The notes under the pieces were generated by a model. It worked only from the letters and a program-made list of their open reading frames with translations. It did not search any database and was not told the DNA's origin. A stretch of 64,000 nucleotides of DNA from Adineta vaga. Taxonomy: Eukaryota > Animalia > Rotifera. Made by a program: the position numbers and the translations under genes. Below are positions 13,516 through 26,000 of this stretch, in pieces. Each line of letters begins with the position of its first letter. Positions within the stretch are counted from its first letter, which is position 1. The stretch spans positions 12,772,001-12,836,000 of the forward strand of contig CP075494.1 of the NCBI GenBank assembly GCA_021613535.1. The letters run 5' to 3'.

Positions 13516-16449
13516 ATAAACCGACCGAAAGAGAAGAGAGAAAGAGATCGTGGTCTGTTCGTCGTCACACGATATATACTCATCACCATCAGCCCAACCA
13601 GTCAGTGACGACCATCAACATCGTCGGCGCTGTTGCACGCAAGATTAGCAATATACAAGAAAAACGAGAATATAGTAAATTTGATGAAGACAGAATGAAA
13701 GAAGAAAGAAAGATGAACAGACATATTGGTCGACACGATCAACGAACAGTCGTCAACTTCCGCTCGTACAGTAGTGTGCTTGAAACAAAAGGAAATGTAG
13801 TGTGTCACGTACAATTATAGGAAAAAAAGATGTAATAAATTCCACTTAAATCTGGCATTAGCTATTAGTAATCCATAGGTCATTTCTAACTTTCTCTTTT
13901 GACAGTGTGTTGACAAGCAGAACAGTTTGATATAGTACTGATAAAGCAATCTTCTGTTCATAAAATCATCGTGGCCTTATTGAATGGCATAGCAAAGAAG
14001 AAGAAGAAAAACAACATTTGCATATAGAGCTTTTCCTTCTCTGACAACATATGCCTCTTTCTTTTTCTGTCCTTTAACATCAATTAATTCGATTAGAGAA
14101 TATTAAAAAAAAAAACTTTCGTCTTTTTATAGATTATTTTATTAAAATTATATGCGCATATATTAGATGAATAATAAATATTTCTCATGGATACTTACTG
14201 ACTAGATGATAGTACTTGAACGAAATAGATCACAAGAACATTTCTGAACAAGGTTAGAAATCGCGTTTTTGTTCTTGTTATTGTCGTCGATTATACTACA
14301 CGCCGGTACGAACAGCAATACTATAGTAAGAAGGAAAGAGTAACAAAAAAGAAATCTATATGAAGAAGAAGAAGAAGAAGAAGAATAAACGAGCAAAATA
14401 GAGAATGAAAAGAAACCAGGACAGAAGAAAAAATGAAGAAAAACGAGAACTACAAGTCTCTTCTTCCTTCCTTATACGTATACATGTGTCGACAGTCTAA
14501 ACCCGAATACACTACATTCTATTATACATCACAACACATATTTTTCAACAGACTATGTACAGTTACCGTATGTCTTAATGTAAAAGAATGTTGTCTCATC
14601 TGGCATATTTCAGTTTTGATAATATGTATAATTCATAGGCATTAAAAGCTAATAATGATCAATCATCTATTAAAGTTGATATGGTAAATCTGAAGGAAGT
14701 AAAGGAGAAAAACGTGGGACAAATAACGATCGTCAATCGATACGACTAATAGACAAAACTTATTTCTCTTTTTCCTCTCAGCACAGCTGTTGCCATCAAC
14801 ACTCGCATTGCATTACCAAACATAGAGATAAGATGTAATGTGTATCTGCATGTTCGTGTGCCGACATATGAAAGAAATGTTTTTATTTTATGTTGCTAGT
14901 CTTGCTGTTAAAACTGGCAAGGTCCAATCGAAATAGTAACATGCAATCCGTTAAAACTTGCATAACTTGGTAGTTTTTTGTATTCGTTTTCTCTCTCTCT
15001 CTCAAGCATGAATAAAAACAGTAAAAAGAAAAAAAAAACGATAGAAGGACGTTTAATCAACAGCTGGAGTTTTGATGTCGGTGGACGTAATGAGACGAAT
15101 AATATAGGAAAGTTAAAAAACAATAAATCAGACAGAAAGAGAAAAAAATCTGAAAAATCATCGGATTTTTTTCCTTGAAGAACTACGAACGAGAACACAA
15201 TCAATTGGCAGATATTTCTTTTTTCTTTTTCTCATACGTTTTTTTTTTGCAATTTTTCTGACATTGTCAATACTTTACGATTTAAACAATTCAGATAAAA
15301 ATTTATAATAAACAGCTCGATGACGATTACCGATTTCTTCGGCTTTTTGTTGTGTTCTACGAGTTAATAATATATATATACTCGACTTAAATCGAATTCT
15401 CAATAGTCTATCATCAGGCAATGTCAAGTGACATGCAATGATCAAAAGTTGGAAATCAAATTTGAATAAAATCTTATCTATCGGAAAGACCCATCACCTC
15501 TGAATGTGTTGAGTTCTCTTCTTACAAAACAGCTGGATTGAATAAAAAGATTCGTGCTATCGACTAGACATATCGTCTGATTATATTTTGACGATAAACA
15601 GATAACATGAAAGATTTGCACGATACTAAAAAGTTATGATAAACAACGCTGATCTTATCTTTATGTCGATAATCCGATATCGAATAGAAAAAAATTCTAT
15701 TTGTCATTTCATCATGCAAGATCTTATCTTGAATATCAGCTAATATAATTTGATTAACTCATAATCAACAAGAGACATTTTTCATCAATATTATTCTTTT
15801 TTTCGAGTACAAAAGAAGAAGAAGAAATGTCATATTTATCCGAAGATGATAAATGTCAGCGATGTTAAGAATAGAGAATAAATATTTTTTAATTTCCGCT
15901 AAAGAAATGATTTATTACATATGAGAATTGACTTCTTTTGAAGAAGAAAGAAAAGGAAAAGATTCAGTGAATAACATACCTTAAGAATGATATTAATATA
16001 TATATATATATGTATGTGTTGAAGTTCAAACAATAATTGTGATGATCAAATTTCGATAATCTATGGAGAAATTTGGAGAAAAGAAAAAGATAAATTATAT
16101 ATGTATATAAAATACTTAGAATTTCTATATTTTTTCTTTATTAAAGTCAACATTCACACACATGTTTTATTTACATACTCAAAAGAGAAAAAAATAAAGA
16201 AAAAAAAAGATAAGATAGTTAACATAGTTTTTTTTGTATAGATACAAAAGAACGAACAGATGACACAAAAGAAATCATATTCTTAGACATTGGATACAAA
16301 GACTAGTAGTTGAGAGATAAGAGATATTGAAAGAAAAAAAAATTTATTACAATTTTGATCTTTTTTTCTCATATCACATACAAAAATGAGAAACCGGATG
16401 GAAATGCGGAAAATCAACTTGAATGTATGAAGTAATTTTGGAGATTATT

Positions 16450-19400
16450 CTATTTCACATCATAATCTGGTTGAAGTTTCAGGAAAAGATGACGTCGTGA
16501 GAGGCTAACACGTTGTGAACCACCGGTTGCGCCTATTGTTGTTAAAGTTTGTAATGGATCATTATTATTTACCATAGATTCTTGTGTTGATTTAACTTGT
16601 TTTAAATTTGATTGAATCGAATTTGATTTAATTATCAAAGTATTTTGATGATGATGTTGTTGAGCTAAAAGTGCCGCAACTGATGAAGTTGATGATGATG
16701 ATGATAGATTGTAATTTGATGTTGAACGTGATGATGAATGATGCGAACGATTAAATGATGATGAGGAAGTGGAAGGAAGTATTGGAGGATTAATATGACG
16801 TTGTCGAGCTTTCTTACGAATTTGTTGTAAAAGAAAAAAACAATCGGTACAAATATCAATGGGTTCGGAATTCCATTTTGGAAAATTGCAAAGTTTATTA
16901 ACACCAGCTGGAGTTGAACTACGACGAGATTCAATTTCATCATGTGTTAATTCATTCATAACATTGTGCATAATTGGTGTCAATGGAGATCTAAATAAAA
17001 TATATATATTTTAAAGAGGAAGAAAGAAAAATGTTTGAATTAAGCTTATGTTTGTTTGTCAGTCTAAAACTTAAAACTATCGATAAATGTAATACGATAA
17101 ATCGTTAAATATTTATCTACAAAACTACATCAAAGTTAATCCATCTTGTCATCTACTTAAACCTGACAAATATATATTTTAACATGTAAAATTCCCCGGA
17201 GATTTAATATTTCGAAAAAATTTACTTCTCAATACAAATATCTTACTGATTATCCAGTGAATATGATCTTTCTGATGTGTTTGTTGATTTCGCAAATGCC
17301 AATGGAGTAAATGATTGAATTGGTATATCATTTAGCTTTTCTTTTGGTAAGGCAATCTAAACAATACGTTTTGAAAAACAAAAAGTTCTCTTTCAACAAA
17401 ACAAAAAACACATACCTGCGTAATACAACTTCGGCAGACTTTTTGCTTACAAACATTACATTGAATACCAAATGTAAATGTCAATAAATTAAAATGTATT
17501 TTTCGACAAGTAAAACATAACTAAACACAAAATAACGATTCTTTGATGAATGATTTTTTTTTGTTATAAATCATTTACTTTTCCCTGAGCAACTTCGGCG
17601 TATAATTTTTCATCAAATAATAATGTTTCTAATTCAGCTCGTGTGATAACATTTCGAATGTGACTAAATTCATCAAATGTTAATGATAATGTGTTTGAAC
17701 TATCTTTCATAAGCTAAAATAATGAAGAAAAAAAAAGGCTTTTTTATTATTTATATCACTAAACGATTAGATATGAACGTTAAAAGCATATATCTAAAAT
17801 CATATTTAATTACCTGAAAAATCCGTTCTTGTAACTGCATGATTGCTTATCGAAGAAATCAATTTGATTTCAACTATCTTATCGTAAGTCGGGTGAAAAG
17901 TCAAGGAAAAACGGAACACAGTAAGAAGAAAAAAAATCTTGCTTGTTCTTCGTCTTCGACACAGAGTGATCCACTACACTACAGCAGCATCTTTTCTATT
18001 CCTTATGTGCATTCATTCTTTTTTTCTTCTCGGCTCCTATTTTCTTTTTCTTTTGCATGTTAGATCACAATTGTGCGTAGGCGACATCATTTCTTTTCTC
18101 CGCGGTGACAATTCTGCGAGAAAAGTCTTCGACATACTCATTATCATTCTCGTCTATTTTCTCGCGAAGCATGTATGCATGTCTAAATGCGTTTATGAAA
18201 TTATCGAAGTGAATAAGCACAGCAATCAACAAGCGAGAAAGGTGACTACTCGAGACACATACAAACAATAATGAAAGCGAGAAGGAAGAACAGCGAGAAC
18301 AAAAAAAAACCAACCCGAAGAATCTCTTCCGTAGATATATATTCTAATTCAAGAGGTTCAATTTGTGTATAAGAGAATTTCGCATGATTATTTATCAAAT
18401 TTAAAGCATCCAGAGATAAATCAACATAATCATCTCCATTTTCACTTACACGTTTAGAATTAATTGTTGTTTTATCTAGAAGAAAGAAGAAAAAAAACAA
18501 GTTGAAAGAACGAAAAAAAATACCAAAGAAATTCTTACTATCAATGTTATCTTCTGGTGAGGATGGAGAGGATTCTAAGAGACAATCAATAACGGCAACT
18601 CGTTTTCGACCATGTTCATCACGTTGTTCATCATCGGAACTGAAATCACTTTCAGTTATTTCCTAAGAGAATTTCAAGGAATTATTTTTTGTGTTAAATG
18701 TTATTTATGAACTTACTTTAACAGGTCTTATTCGTTTACGAGAAGTATCAATACTTCTTGAATTGATTAGTCGATTTTTTTCATTATCAATAGGTTTTAA
18801 AATTCTTTGTTGTTTAATTTCTGACATTAATCGGTCGTGTAAACATTCAGTATTAGTTTCTTTTTCACGTATCAATAGACTTGTTTTTCGTAAGTTTTGT
18901 TGTCGTTTAGATATTTCATCAAGCATACGATCATTATCTCGAATTGACCATCGACGATTTTCATTCGTTGAATTATTTAAATTACCATAATTATCCAGTG
19001 AAACTTTACGTAAACGATTTTGATCACTGAATTGTAAATATTCAACAGTTACATCACGCCACAATGATGCCTAAATGAATATCAATGAATGAATGAATGA
19101 ATGAAAGAGAAGAATAAGACAATTCTAACGAACCCAAACGAAATAAGATCTATTGTCATGTAAAAGTGGCGGTGTTGATGCTAATTCAAATGATGGTTGA
19201 CGCTAAATGTAGATGATTATTTGTCATGTAAATAGATGATAGAAGAGACAAAATAAACTTACAATATCGTGTGTTAATTCAATTTCTAATTCTAAAGTAT
19301 CACTACAAAGAATTTGAAGAATTTGTTGATTATAAAGTGCAGTCGAATTGTTTTCGAAATCTTGCATTTCACTGATATTCGATTTATTTTCATTACTATT

Positions 19401-20975
19401 GGAAGAATTGGTTAGAGAATATGATGTGATATATTCAATGCATTTCTAAATAAAGAAACATTCTTTTCTTTTCTTTTTTATAAAGAATCTATACATTAAT
19501 GATACTAATATTACAATCAAATTATACATATGTAAAATAAGTCAATATATCTGTACAGTTTCGATATTACAATCGTTCTCTTAATGTGTTACATAGTCAA
19601 CATAATCTTCTTATGTTAACACATTCTGCGATCGTCAAAGAAAATACAGAATTCTCTTGATATCAAAGTGATGAATACTATAAATTTAGAAAAGAATGTA
19701 AAACATTTATTAATCTCTTAAATACATAATATGATAATTTATGTCGTTTATTGTTCACATTCCATTTTTTATATGTGAACAAGTATAGACACACTTACTT
19801 CTCGAGAGCTCATATCCATTACAATTACTGTAAGAAAATATAAATCTCTAACACAAAGAATCCATCAAATACCAATATCACACGTCTTTGTACTTAGTGA
19901 CCTTCTGATAGATTTCATCTAAATACAGATGAAATTTGAACTGTTTGTTTTCTAATCAGATTGTCTTATTTAAGGAAATCTTAAAATATTCACATAACGA
20001 CAAAGTTGATAGATGATCTATTTTCTATTTTTCGAGAGAAAAAAAAAGAAAATGGTTATGACTATCTAATCATAGTTCGATTAGTGGAACGGAAAAGAAT
20101 TGATACGCTAATGCCAATCAACCAAAACTAACATGCTACTATCTTGTCTATTATCATTTATGGTTATTAGTTGTCATAGGAAAACAATGCATTGTTTGTT
20201 TTTTCTATTCTACGCTCAAGTACTTAGCTATCTTTATTAAATATTCAAAATATTAATCATCCATCTTCCGAGTCAAATTCGGAAGATTAACATGAAAACA
20301 AACATATTTTTTTACCGTCAAAGCTCTATGAATTGCTCTTCGACTAATATCTTCATCATCTAAATCATCACTACTAATTCCTTCATCATCATCTGATAAT
20401 GTTGATCGATCATTACTGGAAATTGCTAAATGACAAAAACAAATCAATTTTTCAGAAGAATCATATCGATCATCACGAACTATGAAATTGTTTAAGAAAT
20501 TCATTGAAAGTTTCAAATTCTATGGAACGATCTGATTTCGCTGATATAGAACAATCACTTGCTAATCGTAATACAATACGACTAATCCATTTTAAAATCT
20601 AAAGAAATTATTGATCAAAATAAAAGAATTCAATGTTTTATCTTACTGATGCTGTATCTGATTGTTGTTCTACATCACCTAAAATTGACACAAAATGTTT
20701 TCGAAAAACATAATAAACAACAAAACATCATCCTTACGTTTTACATTGGCTAACTGCTTATAAAGTAATTCATCATCAATAGTAACATTACCATTGATAT
20801 CAATCATTAATAATTGTAAACCAGTTGGAATATCAATGGTCGAACTAATCCATCGAATTAGTGCGAGATTTTTTAATGAAAATAGTAATGATTGATAGAA
20901 GAGTGCAATAGCTTGACTTGGTTGTAAAACATGATTGAATAATGAGACAGTTTTACAAAAACATATACGTTGCAT
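16450..20975 (-). CDS. spire: Spire-like actin nucleator (KIND, WH2, Spir-box, modified FYVE), multi-exon
   Basis: KIND-like start (LQPSQAIALFYQ); WASLWRDV...RLRKV; WH2-like LHDRLMSEIKQQRILKPI; LTFDEFSHIRNVITRAELE; Cys finger CFTCRK...CNVCKQKVCRSC and ICTDC. Confidence 0.85.
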
Positions 20976-22889
20976 CTGAAAGAAAAGAAAACATTGATTT
21001 CATCTGATAGTCTGACATATTTGATTAATGAGAGTACTTAGAAGAAGAAGAAGAAGAAGAAATGTCTACGCACTTTATTTCGAAGAATAATAATATCTTT
21101 TTTTTTTAGAAGAAAGAACAAGGAAAAATTAAGTAACCAACCAGACGATCTCGTTGTTCATGATTCATGCAATGTTATTAATGGATGACAAAGAACGAAT
21201 GGAATCGATGTATTTAAACAGTATATTGCATGACAACGGAAGGAATTATGAAAAATGATTGAAGACGATTCTAGTAAACGATTTCATAATCGACAAAAAG
21301 ATAAGAATGAATTAATTATGAAAAAAATTTATTGGATTAGTAAATACTATTTGTAACAATTGTTGATATGTTAATAAATTTAGTGGAGGAATAATATTAT
21401 GTCATTTTCAGAAAGATTTTTGAGAACTAATGTATTGTTTGCGATTAGAAGAACATTTTAAAAGTGTGATGAAATATTACTTTCTCTAAAATTGAGTCAT
21501 AGATTAATATGTGACTCACGACATCGATGTTGGAAGTTGTGAAAAATAATTCCTCATTATTGATTTAGAAGTAAAAATCTTTCGGTCAAAAGCACGTTTA
21601 TTACGTACTTTGGCATAGGCTTAGAGAATATTGGAACAGTCTGAGATAGAACAAAAAGTGTCACCATTAAAAATTTATGTACGACGTAAAAGCTTACTCG
21701 TACTACATACTATAAGAATATGTGTCGTGTGGAAGTTACACTCTTTGCCGAAGTTACTATTAATGATGTGATAAACTTCAGATGTTGAAAAAGCATCACT
21801 ACCGTTTGCATTGTATCTTCAAAGTTATTTTTTTGCGATAAAAATGTTCAAAATTACCTTATGAATGTTTTATTAAATACAGAGAGCTTTAAAAAAATGT
21901 TGCATCCACTTGGTACTTTTTATTCACATGTTGTAACACAGCGCCAAAATGTTTCACTAGCTCAAAATGATGCCACAATCTGCTATCAGAAATAATAAGA
22001 TTACAATCTATCAATAATTTTAGCAAAGAGTGTAACTTCGGCACGACATATAAATATATCTCATTCTTGCTGTTATATAGTATATTCAAGGCTATGCTTA
22101 ATGAGCTTTTTTTCATTATAAAGAAAGTAAAAACGATTGTAAGTTCGTAGGTGTAATTCCTAGAGATCTACTATTACTAGAGCATACAAGAATCGATTAT
22201 TAATGAAACAGCGTATATATCAAATTTCAAGACTCAATGATAGTAAAATACTTCTTCATTATACTAACATTTACTCTTCATTTCTTGTATAACTTAATTT
22301 TTAAACACGGTCTTCATATTTGTACGTCAGTATTGTCAATAATGATGAAACATAATATTTGTCATAGTTTATATTTTAATTTGTGACTAACATATAAAAT
22401 ACATGTTCTTTTGAACCGATGATGTATCAATTCCTATCGATTCATATAATGTTTTAATTGAAAAAAGCTTTTAGTGCAATCCCTTTGGGATTGAAAATTG
22501 TGAAACTTGATAGATCTGTTTTTACTGATAGTGAGGATGAGTGTGAGCTATCCTCATCTACGTCCAAATCCTCAAGATGGAGTCATGGAGTCAGTGAATC
22601 AGTCTGTCACACCTGTGATGGGATCTGTTGAAGTATTGTCGGTCACGTCTGTGGACGGGAGGGGAAACGGGGGGTGGATCCAAATTGCTACCCTTAAACA
22701 CTTCAACACTCTCTTTCAGATCGTGTTTCACAAAACGTATAATATTGGAAGAAATGATAGTTGTCTGGTCTGAAATTGAAAATACTCACCGTCTTTTCTT
22801 TCTTCCTTTTCCTTGTATGATTCATGCAATTCTATCAATGGTCGACTGAGAACGAATAGTATCAGATCTGAACATTTCTATTGGAGTTC

Positions 22890-22902
22890 ATTGCTTGACA
22901 AC
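22890..22902. promoter_or_regulatory. X-box-like (RFX) motif upstream of IFT172
   Basis: ATTGCTTGACAAC, an imperfect match to the RFX palindrome, ~140 nt before the ATG of a ciliary gene. Confidence 0.45.
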
Positions 22903-23039
22903 GGAAGAAAACATGAAAAGGATGAATTAATTCCATGATGATGATTCTGAACTTTTTATATAATCAATATTTGAGGTGAAATGAGTACTGGCAAATTTAT
23001 ACGAGTGATTTTCTTTCTGTTTTTAGATTTTGATTAGAA

Positions 23040-26000
23040 ATGCAAGTCAAATTTTTAAAACAAATATCGGATGCAGCCGCTGGTGAAGCTCAAATCTCAG
23101 CTATTTGTTTTTCACCAAATGGCCAAAAATTAGCTCTATGTATCGATCGTGTTATTCAATTATATGACGATACAGGTGAATTACGTGATCGTTTCGCAAC
23201 AAAACCAATCGATTCAAAATATGGTCGACAGTCTTATGTTGTTACCGCAATGGATTTCTCGCCGGACAATACGCAATTAGCTATTGCACAATCAGATAAT
23301 ATTGTTTTCGTATATAAATTAGGTACGGATTGGAATGAGAAAAAATCTATCGTTGCTAAATTTGTACAATCAGCTCATGTAACATCTCTAATCTGGTTAC
23401 CTGATGGACAAATTATATTTGGTTTAGCTGATGGAAAACTACGTTCAGGAAACGTCAAAAAGAATAAATCACATACATTATTTACTGCTGAACAATATAC
23501 TGTTTCATTAACAACAAATGTTTCACGTAAAGCTATTTTATCTGGACATGCTGATGGAAGTATTTGTCGATATATTATTGAAGATGAAGGAACAGGTGAT
23601 AAATCGGGTTTAGTTGTACGACATTCATGTCCACCGTGTGCACTAGTTTGGACGGCACATGGTATCTTAGTTGGTGGATGTGATCGAAGAATAGTGGTTT
23701 ATAGTAAAGATGGTAAAAGTTTACAACAATTCGATTACAGTCGAGAACCATTCGAACGAGAATTTAGTGTTGGTATTTGTAATCCAACAGGTAAATTTAT
23801 TGTTGATATTTTAATATCGAAACGAAGAATTATGTATTTTATTGAAATTTTAGGTCAAGAATGTGTTTTCGGTTCTTATGATCATATACGTCTCTTTTCT
23901 TATCAAACAAGAAAAGGTATGTTCGAAGAAGCGCCCATGAAAGAAATTAAAAATATGTATACTGTTACGGCAATGTCATGGCGTTCAGGTATAAATCAAT
24001 TTCTTATGTTTAAATCTAATTCTTTTAATGTAATGTATCATTTAAGATGGAGCTCGATTTGCTGTAGCAAATCTAACTGGTGGTACATTTCTATTTAATT
24101 GTTCTTTGAAAAAATCGAGTATGAAAGGAAAATATGCAATTAATTTCGTTTCATTATCTCAAGTTTTAATTGAAAATAAAACAACTGGAAAACGAACTGA
24201 TTTAGTTTCACGTAATGGTTTTGAAATCAGTGATGTTAAAATCATGGGCCGTGATCGCTATGCTGTGGGTTATACAACACATACGTTAATATTAGTAGAT
24301 TTAGAAAATGAACGACGTCGTTGTGAAGTTCAATGGCAATCATCTGGTGATGAAAAATTTTCATTTGAAAATGAAAATGTTTGTGTGATTTTTGCAAATG
24401 GAGAATTAACATTAATTGAATATGCACCTAGTGGAAAACATGGTGATAATATTTTATGTACTGTTCGAACAGAATTTCTTAGTCCAAATTTAATAAGTGT
24501 ACGAGTGGAAGAACGAAATTTACAAGGTAATAAAAAAATGGGCTATTTACTTGATAGTCGAACAATTGCAGTTGTTGATTTAATGTCGACAAGTGGAGCA
24601 GCTGTTATTGATCAAGTTAATCATGATGCTAATATTAATTGGTTAGCATTAAATGAAACAAGTCGATATTTATTATTTCGAGATAAAAATCTTAAATTAT
24701 ATCTGTATGTAATCAACATAATGTGTAAAAAAAGTATTCATGAATATTGTCTTCGTTTTTCTAGCTATAATCTTCAATCAAGAGTAAAAACATGTATACT
24801 TTCATTTTGTATTTATGCACAATGGTATGTACTTTAAATCATCTAACTGATTCATTTGTTGTTCTTTTCAGGATACCTGATAGTGATGTTGTTGTTGGTC
24901 AATCTCAAGATAATCTCTCGGTTTGGTACAATATTGATCATCCTGAATCATGTGATATGAAACCGATTAAAGGTGATGTTACAGAAATCAGTAAAGATCC
25001 TTTAACTAATCGTACCTGTGTGAAATTAAATGACAATGGTGTTCAATCGTCAATTGAACTTGATTCAAATAAAATCGAATTTAATACAGCTATAAATGAT
25101 GAAGATTTTCGTCGTGCTGTTGCTTATTTAGATGCATCAGGTTCAACAGATGAAACATCGAACGCTTTATGGGAAACATTAGCACGTTTAGCATACGAAA
25201 AACAAGAATATATTGTTGCAGAACAAGCTTATACAGCTACAAGACAAATGGCAAAAGCACGTTTTCTTCATTCAATCAATCAATTAGCACGTGACAAGAA
25301 AGGTTCCTATGATCATTATGAAGTTCGAGCAAAATTAGCAATCTTTGAACGACAATTGAAAACAGCTGAATCTATTTATCTAGAAAATGGAGACGTTGAT
25401 AAAGCAATTGATATGTATCGAACGATGCATCATTGGGATGAAGCTATTGCTGTTGCTGATCGTAAGCGACATCCACAAGCCGATGAACTTCGCTCAACAT
25501 ATTATAGATGGTTAATGGATACAAAACAAATTGCACGTGCAGCTGATTGGAAATTAAAACAACATGAAGATGAAGAAGCTATTGCATTATATATGCAAGC
25601 AAATCTACCATCTCGATCAGCACATATTCTTATGCAAAATGCACAATTAATGCGTGATAATGAAGTTGTTACACGTGTAGCAATTAGTTTAGTTAAAGGA
25701 AATATGTATGAATTAGCAGGAGATCTTTATGAACATGTTCAAGAATTTTCCAAAGCATTAAGTTGTTATGAAGCTGGTAAATGTTTTCGTAAAGCTGTTA
25801 AATTAGCCCGACGAACAACACCAAAAGATGTAGTTGCTTTAGAAAGCAAATGGTAAATGAAGAAAAGATATTTTTTTTGAATCTAAAATCTCGATTGTTA
25901 TTTGTTTTTTCCCTAGGGGTGATTATTTAGCTGAACAAATGCAATATACTGAAGCTGTTAATCATTTTATTGAAGCAGGAGAAAATATGAAAGCTGTACA

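Noticed and set aside
9903-15204. Many short ORFs, including the Arg-run ORF at 13455
   Set aside because: Translations of microsatellites in RBMS introns and upstream DNA; only the exon near 12099-12312 and the 13234-13257 exon are supported.
22468-22497. CTTTTAGTGCAATCCCTTTGGGATTGAAA resembles a CRISPR repeat (hairpin plus ATTGAAA end)
   Set aside because: Single copy, no spacers, no cas genes, eukaryotic context.
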